From: Candidatus Dojkabacteria bacterium
GTDB taxonomy: Bacteria > Patescibacteriota > Dojkabacteria > SC72
Length of the DNA stretch: 64,000 nucleotides
Direction of reading: 5' to 3'
NCBI GenBank assembly: GCA_018056375.1
Contig: JAGPFQ010000002.1
Coordinates: 11,344 to 75,343, forward strand
Of the stretch, positions 43,068 to 54,200 are shown piece by piece (the first letter of the stretch is position 1; each line of letters starts with the position of its first letter). The notes beneath the pieces were generated by a model, which was not told the origin of the DNA, searched no databases, and saw only the letters and a program-made list of their open reading frames with translations. Position numbers and translations under genes: made by a program.

Positions 43068-44078
43068 ATGGAAATTGAAAGCTATGGGTCGGTATGCGTT
43101 GAGGGTGGGGATCAGCTAGGAAAGGGTGATGCGACTTCTAGGATTGTTAGTGAGCTTGAAGCAGATGGTGTGAATCTTACCTTCTCATCTTTTCCAATAT
43201 ATGCTACTCCAATAGGTTCTGTCATTCGTTCTCTCCTGAAGAATGGTATCTCGGATGCGGACTTAAATGGAGTAGATAGCTTAGAAACGAGAATGGCGCT
43301 TTTTGCATTGAACAGGTTAGAGTTTTTGGATGTATATATGAGTGATAGGAAGTATAGGGATACAATGTTGATTTGTGATAGGAGTCCGTTTAGTAATGCA
43401 GTAACGATAGGGTATGGGCTTTCTTTACAGGGGGATTGGGATGGGCAACAAGTAAGGAAATATGTTGATAGGGCAATGGATTTTGACTCTCTGATGATAT
43501 CGAAGTTGGGGTTAGGTAGGTGTGTTGTTCAATTGATATCAGAAGAGGATGAATGGAGGGATATTAGAACAGTAGAGACAGATCAGTATGAGAAGAGGGA
43601 TGTGCAGGAGAATTGTGCCAAGGTGTACGAAGTGTACAAAGATATTGTAGGTCCTGGGTGGCATCAGGTTGTTACTAAGAGTGATGATGGGTGGAGAAGT
43701 AGAGATGATATTTGGTTGGATGTTGAGGAAATTCTTCATCTGTCGTATGGAGATATAGGGGATATCAGGCAAGGGTTAAGGTATGATATTGGTTTTAAGG
43801 AGATTGTTGAGAATATGTATCCTAAAGCTACATATGACAAGAAAGTGTGTCATATGTATGATAGTGCAATTAAAGAGAATATTAAAGATATTATGTATAC
43901 AAGTGGCTTGGAGTTAGGGCAACAGGTGGCAGATAGTTGTATGAATATTAGGTTTTCCAATGAAGGGGTGAGGAAAGAGTTTGAAAGGATATTGGTTGAA
44001 ACTCCAGGTACTATGAAAGTATTTGAACATTTTCTAGGTAGGGGATTCGTAAACAAATTAAAGAGAGCTTTGATTTAA
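43068..44078 (+). CDS. dNMP/deoxynucleoside-kinase-like protein with a degenerate P-loop (EGGDQLGKGD) and a C-terminal extension of about 130 aa
   Basis: VCVEGGDQLGKGDATS compares with the thymidylate kinase P-loop EGxDGxGKxT. LICDRSPFSNAV compares with the TMK/dNK DR(Y/S) motif. An extended -10 (tgGtataat) lies upstream at about 43025. The stop overlaps the next gene's start (taATGa). Confidence 0.45.
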   Translation: MEIESYGSVCVEGGDQLGKGDATSRIVSELEADGVNLTFSSFPIYATPIGSVIRSLLKNGISDADLNGVDSLETRMALFALNRLEFLDVYMSDRKYRDTMLICDRSPFSNAVTIGYGLSLQGDWDGQQVRKYVDRAMDFDSLMISKLGLGRCVVQLISEEDEWRDIRTVETDQYEKRDVQENCAKVYEVYKDIVGPGWHQVVTKSDDGWRSRDDIWLDVEEILHLSYGDIGDIRQGLRYDIGFKEIVENMYPKATYDKKVCHMYDSAIKENIKDIMYTSGLELGQQVADSCMNIRFSNEGVRKEFERILVETPGTMKVFEHFLGRGFVNKLKRALI

Positions 44079-44701
44079 TGAAAAAGAAAGAATTAGCAGT
44101 TCAATTACTATCTGAAGTTGAAAAACTCTTCCCAGAGGCGACTACAGAGCTTGTAAATTGGAGAGATGATTTTCAATTTTTAGTTGCAGTTATTCTCTCG
44201 GCACAGACAACAGACATTCAGGTGAACAAGATTACCCCAGAACTTTTTAGAAAATATCCAGATGCTAAAAAATTGGCAAGTGCAAAAATAGAGGATTTGG
44301 AATATACCCTAGGGGGTATCAACTATTTTAGAACTAAATCTAAAAATATTAAAAAGATGGCTAAAATTCTGGTAGAGCAATATGAAGGTCAGCCTCCTAA
44401 ATCGCTCAAGAAGCTCATTGAACTACCGGGTGTAGGTTACAAGACTGCAAATGTTTTTCTTAATGAAAGGTATAGGGCTAATGAGGGTATTGCTGTTGAT
44501 ACACATGTTTTGAGAGTTGCTAGAGCATATGGTCTGACTAAGAATACAGATCCCACTAAGGTAGCCCACGATTTGGAGAAACTCTATCCTAAGAAAGATT
44601 GGTACAAGGTTAATTCAGCATTTGTTCTGTATGGTAGATATATCCTAAAAGCTAGGAAGCCAGATATGGATAGGGTTGTGTTAAAAGAGTATCTAGTTTG
44701 A
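44078..44701 (+). CDS. HhH-GPD DNA glycosylase (endonuclease III-like) lacking the C-terminal 4Fe-4S cysteine cluster
   Basis: FLVAVILSAQTTD and the HhH motif LPGVGYKTANV are present. The C-terminus has no C-X6-C-X2-C-X5-C, as in MagIII-type enzymes. Confidence 0.75.
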   Translation: MKKKELAVQLLSEVEKLFPEATTELVNWRDDFQFLVAVILSAQTTDIQVNKITPELFRKYPDAKKLASAKIEDLEYTLGGINYFRTKSKNIKKMAKILVEQYEGQPPKSLKKLIELPGVGYKTANVFLNERYRANEGIAVDTHVLRVARAYGLTKNTDPTKVAHDLEKLYPKKDWYKVNSAFVLYGRYILKARKPDMDRVVLKEYLV

Positions 44702-44785
44702 GATAGATTTAATCTTCAGTTCATTTTTGGTGGGTATAATAATTATAATTTCTATTTGACATAGATGTCGCATATATGAGACAAT

Positions 44786-45088
44786 GTGAATATTATGAAA
44801 AAAGAGAAAATCATGACTTTCGAAGAATTCGAAAAGAGGAATTTTACAGAAGAAGAATTAAAGATAATACATAAGAGGGCTCAGAAGAGGATTGCATTAA
44901 GGAAGTTAAGAGAGGCTAGGGAGAGTATGGGAATATCTCAGTACGAACTTTCTGTTAAGTCTGGTATTCCAAGGAGTGCAATTAGTGAGATTGAGAGTGG
45001 TAGGAGGAATGTGTCTGTTGCGAAGTTGAATAAGTTGGCAGATGCATTGAATACGGATTTGAAGATTGATTTTGTAAAGAGGAAATAA
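44786..45088 (+). CDS. XRE-family HTH transcriptional regulator with the HTH in the C-terminal half (HigA-like topology)
   Basis: The HTH_3 region is MGISQYELSVKSGIPRSAISEIESGRRNVSVAKLNKLADAL. The gene ends 6 nt from the stop of the convergent giant surface-protein gene. Confidence 0.7.
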   Translation: MNIMKKEKIMTFEEFEKRNFTEEELKIIHKRAQKRIALRKLREARESMGISQYELSVKSGIPRSAISEIESGRRNVSVAKLNKLADALNTDLKIDFVKRK

Positions 45089-45094
45089 CGAAGA

Positions 45095-48000
45095 TTATTT
45101 CTTTTCTACCTGTTTTCTCTTGTATATGTTATATCCTAAGAGTATTGTTAATAGGACAATTAGGGCAATCAACCAGTAAACGTATGTTGGTATTATTACT
45201 TTTTCTACTTTGACATTTATCTCCATCTCTTCTGCTCCATCGCTGATTAGATTAATTTTCTTTTCAGCCCTATACCCATTATATGAAATAACCATTGTAT
45301 GTAAACCTGTTTCTAGATTTTCAAAATATACTTCTCCATTTTCATCAGTAATTCCTGTTCTAACATCCGAGTGTATTTCAACAGTAACACCTACAAGAGG
45401 TTCTCCAGACTCATTGTATACCTTTATTTTTAGACTCTTAGATTGAGTAGGAGGAGTAGGTTCTTTAGTTATATCAACAGTTTCTTCTTCAGCTTTAGTG
45501 TCTTCTTCCTGTTCAGTTTCGATAATGGGATTGATGTATTTAGTAAAAGGATTCTTTGGTTTTACAATAGGTTTTGGGTCTAGAGGAGTAGGGATAATTG
45601 GTTTTGGAGGTTCTTCTTCCTCTTCCTCAGGTTGTTCTGGTTCTTCTTCCTCTTCTACAATATATGTCACAGAGTTATCAGTAGAGGTAGATGCTACGTT
45701 TGTATTTCCAGCTAAATCAGTTAATACATCAGCAGGAATAGTTGCCGTTACTGTTTCACCATTTGTTAGGTTCTCAATCTCAACTTCATACTCTGTTTCA
45801 CTAATTTTTGTTATACTTTTGACTTGAGCAGTAGTACTTCCTGAGATTAGTATGTCTTCATTAGTAAAAGTATCTTCTTTGATTGGTTTTGAGAAGATAA
45901 CCGTGTATTTAATGGAGTTAATATCTGTTGGGTCTGTTTGAGTAGAGGATTGATTAATAGTTACAGAGGGTGGAGTATTATCATATGTAATAGAGTTGTC
46001 AATACTGGTTGATGCAATATTTTTGTTTCCAGCAAGGTCTTCCACAGTATCAACAGGTAGGATGAGTGAAACTGTTTCTCCTGATACCATACCATTTACA
46101 TATGCTGTGTATGTTGTGTTATTGACATTTGTTAATAGTAATACTTTAGCTGTACTACTACCCAATATTTCTAAATCATCTCTTGTAAATGTATCTTCAT
46201 TTATTGGTTCAGAGAAGATTATTGTAAATTTAATTATATCTTCATTTGTAGGATCAGCTTGATCATCAGCTTGGTTTACTGTAACTGTTGGAGAAGTAGC
46301 ATCATATGTTACTGAATTGTCAGTAGAAGTTGAGGCAGTATTGGTGTTTCCAGCAGAATCTTCAACTCTGTTAGCCGGTAGGAAGAGTGATACAGTTTCC
46401 CCAGATACCATACCCGTTACAACTGCAGTATATGTAGTGCTATTTACTGTTTGTAATTGTGATATTGTCGCTGTACTACTACCTGATATGAGTAGGTCTT
46501 CTTTTACAAAAGTATCTCCATTTATTGGTTTGGAGAAGACAACTGTATATTTAATGGAGTTTATATTGGTAGGGTCTACTTGGTCATCAGCTTGATTTAC
46601 TGTAACAGTTGGTTTCTCTTTATCGAATGTAACAGTACTGGATTCTATCTCAGCAGTATTCCAGTTACCAAGAACATCTTGGTATGTATGAGCAGGGGAG
46701 AATACTGTTATACTTGCCTTTTGGTTCACTATGCCTGACACAGAGAGAGCATATTTCTTATTATTTATACTTGTTACTTCTGTAACCTTTGCTGTAGTAA
46801 CAACACCGTCTTCCTTAATCTTAAAACTATTTGCATCTAAGGTATCATCTTTCAGAGGTTCAGAGAAAGTTACATGGAAGATAATAGGTTGTTGATTAGT
46901 TGGATTTGGTTGTCCAGTAGCTGGTACAATTGAAGTAATGTATGGAGGTGTAATATCAATTATTAGTTGACCCGTGATTTCACTACTGTTTTGAGCAGTA
47001 TCCGTAGCAGTTATTGTTAAATTGTATGTTTTTGTTGTTAGGTTTGTAATGTCTCCAGCAGATACAGTCCAAGTACCATTTTGATTGTTTGTTGCATTGA
47101 TTATCTGTCCAGTTTCTACAATCACTACTTGTACAGTAGCATTTTTATCATTAACAGTACCTGTAAGTTCAGGGGAGGGGTTATTTGTACTTAAATCTTC
47201 ATATCCTACTACTGGAGCGATGGTGTCTTTCAATAGCTCTTTGGTGTCTTCTCCTTTGTTTCCAACATCGTCCGTCTGTGATGCATAGACAACGACAGTA
47301 CCATCGGGTTGTGCTGATAGGTCTAGTTCTGTGCTCCAAGTGTCATCACTTTGACATTCTGCTACATATGGTTGTTCTGCTATAACTGTAATGATATTGT
47401 TGTCTCCAAAAGTACATGTACCCCCTAGGGTGTAGTGGGTTCTGTTTGCTCTGTTAATTGGTGCTGTGCTGGTTATGGAAATTGCTGGTGGGATTCTGTC
47501 TATGATATATCCTTCTTTGGTTTCAGTAATACTGTTTCCTGCTTGGTCCTTGGCTGTTATAGCAAGGTTCCCTGATTCTATGATTGTTATTGTACAATTA
47601 ATAATATTTTTATCTCCAGTATCAGCAGTACATTCCAAATTCTCAGCCATTCCTGTTGAACTTGCAGCTATCTCAATATCTGCAGGATATATTTCAACAG
47701 CATCTGTTACAGTAATTGTAGTATCTGTAATATTATCCTTTTTCTTCTTGGTAGGAGCATTGATAGTAATAACAGGGTCAACAGTATCAATCGTATACAT
47801 GTGTGAGTTGTATCCAGTTGCTCCATTATTAGTATCCTCTGCTTGTATTATAATTGTTCCACTTTTATTAATATTTCTAATATTACAAGTTACGTATGTA
47901 GTATATGGAGCATTATGTTCTCCATCTGCATCTGCACAATTTTCAAGAGTAACACCCTCGGATGCTGTTCCAGAGATTGCAATGTTATCAATTTCGTGTC

Positions 48001-51000
48001 CTGCGATAGGGGCAGTAATTGTTACAGTTGAATTGTTAATGGGTTGGTTACTAAGGATAGTAGGGGCATTGAATACGACTTCTGGAGGGAAAATGGTTTG
48101 CTTTTCAGTAGTATTGCCCACTAAGTCGTAGGCGATAACTGTAATTGTGTGTTGATCTTCTCCTGCGTAAAGTTCAAGAGTTCTTTGTATAACACCAGGT
48201 TTTGTATACTCTATTTCATCAACTTTGTTTAATCCATCACTTCCAACATATTTAATCTCATACTTTAACATTCCTACAGCATCAGTAGCTTCAAATTCAA
48301 TAATTGGTTTATCTATACCATGTGTTAAAGTATCAATACTTGATGTAATAAAGGTTGGGGGAACTTGGTCAACAACATATCCATCTTTGAAGGCAGTAGA
48401 GCTTAACCCAGCATTATCAGTAGCCTTCAAAACTAATCTACCAGAAGTTTTTATACGAATAGTACAATTCATTTCTATATGATTCTCTGGATCGGGTGGA
48501 TCAGCTTCATATGGGAAGGGTGGAGTACATACAATATTATCCGCAGTAGCTATACTGGACTCATCTACTTCTACAGAAGCGATAGAGAAACGATCGCTTA
48601 CTTTAAATGTAGTATCAGTGATAGGGGCATTGGACATAGTAGTTCCTTGATTAATAGTAATTTCTGGAGGTAAATCATCAACATCAAGTACAGTGATAAC
48701 GAAGATTTCTTCGGTATATAAATTAGTTGAGTCGGTGGCTCTTACTCTAATTGTATATTTATTTTTATCATCAGGGTCAGCTGTTCCTGTTGGATTTTCA
48801 TAGTCTGGAGGTTCTAGGAAAGCTAAAGCACCAGTAGTAGGATTAAGAGCAAACTTAGAGTTATCTCCACTTCCTTCACCAGATACAAGAGAGTAGATTA
48901 CTGCACCCTCAGCTTCAGATGTAATAGTGCCTACTTCTGTTTTGTTTTCTTCGATTTCATCAGGAGATAGGCTGAGGTTCTGAGGAGGACATTTCTTACC
49001 AGCATCATTTATAGTCCATTTGCTCGGATCTCCCATTAAAGCTGTTCTTGCATCTTCTGCATAGCAGTAGTTTACTCCTACTGCATCAAAGGTTCGACTT
49101 GGTTTTACAGTTTGTACACTCCATGCATTTAGCAAACTATCATAATTATCTATTTGCATGTTAGAAGCATTTAAGAATTGATTAAAGTATTCAACCTTAC
49201 TAATATTCCAACTAGATATATCTTGATTAAATTGGGCAGCACGATCAAACATACGCGTCATATTTGTAACATTTGCTGTATTCCAACTATCACCAAACGG
49301 TTGATTAAACTGATAAGCATAATTAAACATAGCTGCCATACTTTTAACCTGAGTAGTATTCCAGTTTAAGGGCTTACTCTCATCACCAGGTTCTGCACCA
49401 TTATTAAAAACATTGGCATTTTGAAACATGAATGCCATATTTTCAACCTTTGCTGTATTCCAATCACCAATATATTGATTAAAACTTCTAGCTTGTCTAA
49501 ACATATCTGACATGTTCCTGACATTTGCTGTAGTCCATTTAGGGCCAAACGGTTGATTAAAGTCTCTTGCCACAAACATGGCATACATAGTATCAACCTT
49601 TGATGTATCCCAATTTAATGGATTACTACTACCACCTGCAACATCACCGTTATTAAAAACAGTAGCCCCATTAAACATATGCATCATACTGGTAACTTTT
49701 TTAGTATCCCAGTTATTAAGATTTTGGTTAAAGGAACTAGCACTCATGAACATGCCGAACGTACTAGTTATATTGCTAGTATTCCAAGAACCAATATTTT
49801 GGTTAAATGCTTTAGCGTTTAGAAACATGTATGTTACATACTGGAGACTTTTAGTGTCCCAATTCATGGTGTTGCTACTTTCACCTGGTGCTTCACCGTT
49901 ATTGAAAACGGTTGCACCTTGAAACATGTTAGACATATTAGTAACCACACCAGTATCCCAACCACCAATATATTGATTAAATGCACTAGCATCTCGAAAC
50001 ATAAGAGACATGCTTTCAACCTTTGTTGTAACCCAATTCATAGTATTTTGACTTTCACCTGGTGCATCACCATTATTAAAGGCTGTGGCTTGTCTAAACA
50101 TGTTAGACATATTAGTAACCGCACCAGTATTCCAACTACCGATGTTTTGATTGAAAACTGAGGCCTGATTAAACATTGAGCCCATATTAATAACCTCACT
50201 GGTATTCCACCCACCAATATCCTGATTGAATACAGTAGCTCCGGCAAACATACCGTACATATCTCTTACAAGTCCAGTCTGCCAACCACTAATATCTTGA
50301 TTAAAGGAATAAGCTTTGTTAAACATTTGCTTGAAGTTAAAGGCTTTACTCGTATTCCATTCTAAAGGCTTAGTGCTTTCACCTGGTGCCTCTCCATTAT
50401 TAAAATTGGTAGCTTCGAAGAACATAAGGGACATATTACCAACTTCGCCAGTTTTCCATTTACCGATGTATTGATTAAAATTTGTAGCACCACCAAACAT
50501 TGAGTTCATTGCAGTCACTGCACTTGTATCCCAATTACCTATGGGGGCATTAAAGTTACTGGCTCCACTAAATGTAGCAGCCATATTTTTAACACCACTA
50601 GTATTCCAACTATCCATAGAGTCATTACCAGTAAAGTTTGTAGCTCCTTGAAAAGCAGAAGACATATCTGTAACTTGTGATAAATCAGGGATATCAGTAG
50701 CAGTTAGTTGCATATTAACCATGTCCTTAAAGGCAGACATGAAGCTTGACCATGGGATAGTACCCCATTGTTTAATCTCTAATAGTTTAGCTTTTTCATC
50801 GGTAGCTAAATCAGGGGAATAGAAACGGAGTGGGGCAGTAGATCTAACGCAAACATCGTATGTACCTGGTGTCGGATAATTATGTGTAGCTAAGCTAGTG
50901 TAAAACAGTTCATAATCATCATCACAATTCCAAGATACTTCATAAGTATCGGTAGCTACTTTCAAAAATCTTAAAGTGACTTTATTTGGTTCAGTTGCTC

Positions 51001-51169
51001 CAGTTACATCAGTTTGCCATGTGGTTACAAATAGGTCAGGGGAGTAAGCATGGGTTTTAAAGTTTCTGTTTTTAACTAAAAAGATTGTAAAACCAATAAC
51101 TAATAGAAGGGTAGTTAGGATGAAGAATATTCTCTTTACATGTGGATATTGGACAGAATTTTTAATCAT
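45095..51169 (-). CDS. Giant cell-surface protein 1 (2024 aa). An N-terminal signal anchor is followed by about 19 DUF285-type repeats, a cadherin-like domain, Ig-like (Big) domains including 3 tandem copies, a Pro/Glu-rich linker, a CarboxypepD_reg-like beta-sandwich and a C-terminal TM anchor with a KR tail
   Basis: The ~27-aa unit F..A..FNQ(D/N)IG.WNTS.V..M..MF recurs throughout the N-terminal half. The cadherin-like signature is VITVLDVDDLPP. The C-terminus reads KPIVKPKNPF...IKVYNESGEPLVGVTVEIHSDVRTGITDENGEVYF...WLIALIVLLTILLGYNIYKRKQVEKK. Confidence 0.85.
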   Translation of the reverse strand: MIKNSVQYPHVKRIFFILTTLLLVIGFTIFLVKNRNFKTHAYSPDLFVTTWQTDVTGATEPNKVTLRFLKVATDTYEVSWNCDDDYELFYTSLATHNYPTPGTYDVCVRSTAPLRFYSPDLATDEKAKLLEIKQWGTIPWSSFMSAFKDMVNMQLTATDIPDLSQVTDMSSAFQGATNFTGNDSMDSWNTSGVKNMAATFSGASNFNAPIGNWDTSAVTAMNSMFGGATNFNQYIGKWKTGEVGNMSLMFFEATNFNNGEAPGESTKPLEWNTSKAFNFKQMFNKAYSFNQDISGWQTGLVRDMYGMFAGATVFNQDIGGWNTSEVINMGSMFNQASVFNQNIGSWNTGAVTNMSNMFRQATAFNNGDAPGESQNTMNWVTTKVESMSLMFRDASAFNQYIGGWDTGVVTNMSNMFQGATVFNNGEAPGESSNTMNWDTKSLQYVTYMFLNAKAFNQNIGSWNTSNITSTFGMFMSASSFNQNLNNWDTKKVTSMMHMFNGATVFNNGDVAGGSSNPLNWDTSKVDTMYAMFVARDFNQPFGPKWTTANVRNMSDMFRQARSFNQYIGDWNTAKVENMAFMFQNANVFNNGAEPGDESKPLNWNTTQVKSMAAMFNYAYQFNQPFGDSWNTANVTNMTRMFDRAAQFNQDISSWNISKVEYFNQFLNASNMQIDNYDSLLNAWSVQTVKPSRTFDAVGVNYCYAEDARTALMGDPSKWTINDAGKKCPPQNLSLSPDEIEENKTEVGTITSEAEGAVIYSLVSGEGSGDNSKFALNPTTGALAFLEPPDYENPTGTADPDDKNKYTIRVRATDSTNLYTEEIFVITVLDVDDLPPEITINQGTTMSNAPITDTTFKVSDRFSIASVEVDESSIATADNIVCTPPFPYEADPPDPENHIEMNCTIRIKTSGRLVLKATDNAGLSSTAFKDGYVVDQVPPTFITSSIDTLTHGIDKPIIEFEATDAVGMLKYEIKYVGSDGLNKVDEIEYTKPGVIQRTLELYAGEDQHTITVIAYDLVGNTTEKQTIFPPEVVFNAPTILSNQPINNSTVTITAPIAGHEIDNIAISGTASEGVTLENCADADGEHNAPYTTYVTCNIRNINKSGTIIIQAEDTNNGATGYNSHMYTIDTVDPVITINAPTKKKKDNITDTTITVTDAVEIYPADIEIAASSTGMAENLECTADTGDKNIINCTITIIESGNLAITAKDQAGNSITETKEGYIIDRIPPAISITSTAPINRANRTHYTLGGTCTFGDNNIITVIAEQPYVAECQSDDTWSTELDLSAQPDGTVVVYASQTDDVGNKGEDTKELLKDTIAPVVGYEDLSTNNPSPELTGTVNDKNATVQVVIVETGQIINATNNQNGTWTVSAGDITNLTTKTYNLTITATDTAQNSSEITGQLIIDITPPYITSIVPATGQPNPTNQQPIIFHVTFSEPLKDDTLDANSFKIKEDGVVTTAKVTEVTSINNKKYALSVSGIVNQKASITVFSPAHTYQDVLGNWNTAEIESSTVTFDKEKPTVTVNQADDQVDPTNINSIKYTVVFSKPINGDTFVKEDLLISGSSTATISQLQTVNSTTYTAVVTGMVSGETVSLFLPANRVEDSAGNTNTASTSTDNSVTYDATSPTVTVNQADDQADPTNEDIIKFTIIFSEPINEDTFTRDDLEILGSSTAKVLLLTNVNNTTYTAYVNGMVSGETVSLILPVDTVEDLAGNKNIASTSIDNSITYDNTPPSVTINQSSTQTDPTDINSIKYTVIFSKPIKEDTFTNEDILISGSTTAQVKSITKISETEYEVEIENLTNGETVTATIPADVLTDLAGNTNVASTSTDNSVTYIVEEEEEPEQPEEEEEEPPKPIIPTPLDPKPIVKPKNPFTKYINPIIETEQEEDTKAEEETVDITKEPTPPTQSKSLKIKVYNESGEPLVGVTVEIHSDVRTGITDENGEVYFENLETGLHTMVISYNGYRAEKKINLISDGAEEMEINVKVEKVIIPTYVYWLIALIVLLTILLGYNIYKRKQVEKK
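45650..46610. repeat. Three tandem repeats of about 320 bp inside giant gene 1 (approximate ends). Each encodes a ~106-aa Ig-like unit of the form PTVTVNQADDQ.DPTN...FSxPIxxDTF...GMVSGETVSL.LP...VED.AGN.N.ASTS.DNS.TYD
   Basis: The repeated protein units were read from the translation. Shadow ORFs 45996..46262 and 46317..46595 on the opposite strand mirror the ~321-bp periodicity. Confidence 0.6.
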
Positions 51170-51202
51170 AACCTCAATTTTGTAGCATACTCACTTTATC
51201 TA

Positions 51203-54200
51203 TCAGTTTTTATCTTCTTTGTTCTTCTTGTATATGATGTATCCAAAGAGTATTACTAATAGCACAATCAATACTATCCACCAGTAGTTTGTTCTTCTTA
51301 CTTCTTTTAACTCTACATTAACCTCAATCTCTTCTTCTACATTATTAGTTAAATCAATCTCTCTTTCATCTGTATGTCCTTTGTATGAAATGATCATTGT
51401 ATGTTGACCAATATCTACATTCTTAAAGTATGCTTCTCCATTCTTGTCTGTAATCTCTCTTCTAACCTTAGAATGTATTTCAACAGTAGCACCTTTGATA
51501 GGTTTCTTGTCTTTGTCATATACCTTTACTCTTAGATTCTTGTATAGAGAGGGGTAAGTAATCTTCTCTGTTGTCTTAGAGGTTTCCTCTTCAATTTTTT
51601 CTTCTGTTGTAGTCTCTTCTTCCTCCTTAATTATTGGATTAAGGAATTTATTATATGGATTTCTTGGTTTTACAATGGGTTTTGAAATAATTGGTTTGGG
51701 TGGCTCTGGTATTTCTGGTTTTTTCTCTTCTACGAAATACTTAACACTATTATCAGTAGATGTACTGGCCTTGTTACGGTTACTAGCTAGGTCTTCAACC
51801 ATATTAGCTGGTAAGGTAAGTGTTACTGTCTCTCCAGATACCATACCGGTTACAAGTGCTGTATATGTTGTATCATTAACCTTTGTTATTTTAGATACAA
51901 TAGCTGTACTACTTCCTGATATATCTAAAGTTGTTTTACAGAAAGTTTCTTCTTTAATTGGTTCTGAAAATACAACTGTAAATCTGATCTCATCTATATC
52001 AGTAGGGTCAGATTGTCCATCAGCCTGATTTACAGTAACTGTTGGAGCAGTAATATCATATGTAACTGAATTATCTGTACTGGTAGATGCAATATTCTCG
52101 TTTCCTGCTGGGTCTGTACATACCCCTGCGGGTATATCTACTGTGATGGTGTCTCCATCTGTTAAGTTACTTACTTCAAATTCATATTCGGTATCACTGC
52201 CATCAATCTTTGTAAGATTACCTTTTTGGTATGTTGTACTTCCAGTTACAACGATATCATCTGTTGTAAAGGTTGTATCAACAATTGGTTCTGAGAAGGC
52301 GATGATAAATTTGACTGGATTTAGATTGGTTGGATCTGTTTGTCCAATTGCTGAGTTAATGGTAACTGTTGGTGCTATGGTATCTTTCTGTAATGTTGCA
52401 TTTGCTGTTCCTATGTTTCCTACAGCATCTATCTGTTTAGCTTCTACTGCAATATCTCCATCAGGATAGGCAGAGAGGTCTGTGGTTAGTTCCCACACTT
52501 CTCCTTTCATACACATAGTCAAATGTGGTTGTGTTCCTATTGTAACAATTACATCTCCATCACTGGTTGAACATTCTCCTGATAGTGTGTAGCTCGATTG
52601 GTTATTTAAATTAACCTTTACAGGGTCATCATCTATTGTTACTGGTGGAGGTGTCTTATCTACCAGAAAACCATTTTCTTCCTTTTCAAAAGAGTTTCCT
52701 GCCTTATCAGTAGCTTCGATAACTAACTTACCAGAACCTGTGATTGTTAGAGAACAATGTACTATTGATTTGTCATTTTCATCTGTCTCGCAAGTGAAAT
52801 CCTTGTATCCTGCTGTTGTAGAATCTGTCTTTACTTTGACACCACTTGCAAAAAGGTCAACATTATCAGTAACTGTAATTTCGACATTAGTAATATCGTT
52901 GTTACTTTGCTTGATAGGTGGAGAGATGATTATGTCTGGAGCTTCTGTATCATGGAAATATTTTTGCACATTTGTTCCTGTTTGTGTCCATGATTCACCA
53001 TCTGTTTCTATAGCAGTTACTGTAAGCATACCGGTATTTTGAATACCTGTTATTCCACAGGTGAAAGTACCGGCATATGGTAAACTATCACATCCAGTAA
53101 GTGAGGCTCCAACCGCAGCAGGACCTGAAAGATCTATACTTGTAATTAGGTAAGCTGGGTCGGATGTAGTAATTGTTACAGTTGTATCATTGATGGGCGA
53201 TCCGTTACTAATTATATGAGGAGCATTTATTTCCACTACCGGTGGAAATGCAATTCTTCTAGATGTGGAGTTACTAGTTTCTAATGTCTCGCCAGCATTG
53301 TCATATGCCGTAATCTCTATTGTATGAGTTGGTTGACTAGAATCTAAGCTGAGGTCATATGATATGATGTCTGAACTGTATAGATCTTCTGGAATATCAA
53401 TGGTTGTTAAATTCCCCGGTACACCGTAAGTAATTTGATATTTCTGTATTCCCGTAGGGTCTTCTGCTTTAAACTTAACAGTTGGATTATGTATACTACC
53501 TGATGGAGGTATAACAACATTAGCTACTGTAAAGTTTGGACCTTTTGTATCTATGACATATCCGGGTTCTGCAGCTGTAGTAGTGTAACCAGCCTCATCA
53601 GTAGCATAGAGTACTAGAGTACCAGAAGTGGTAATAGTAACAGAACATCTAATAGTTAAGTGATTAGTAGGGTCAGGTTCGTCACATCTGTATGGAAAAT
53701 CAGGAGATGATGTATTTCTTATTCCCTGACATTGAATACTGCCAGATTCAATAGAGGCAACACTTGATGCATGTAATCCTACAGATTCAATTGAAAACCT
53801 ATCACTTACTTCAAATACAGTATCCGTTATATTCCCTTTCTTTGTTTTGGTTCCTGGGATAATTCTAATAACTGGTCCTACATCATCAATATCTTTAACT
53901 TTAATTATGAAAACTTCTTCTGAGTATAGTCCGATATCATCTGTTGCTCTTACTCTAATAGTGTAGAGATTTTTGTCAAGAGGATCATATGAGTCTTGTG
54001 GATCTTCAAAGTCTGGTTCTTCTAGAAATGATAGATGTCCACTATTCAAATCAAGTACAAACTTTGAGTTATCCATATCTCCTTCACCAGGGACAAGAGT
54101 GTAGGTGATGGGGGAATTTTCATCATCAATTGCTGAGATATTTCCTACATCCTTGGTGTGTTCATTAACTTCATCTTCGCCGTCGCCCAACCGTATTGTA

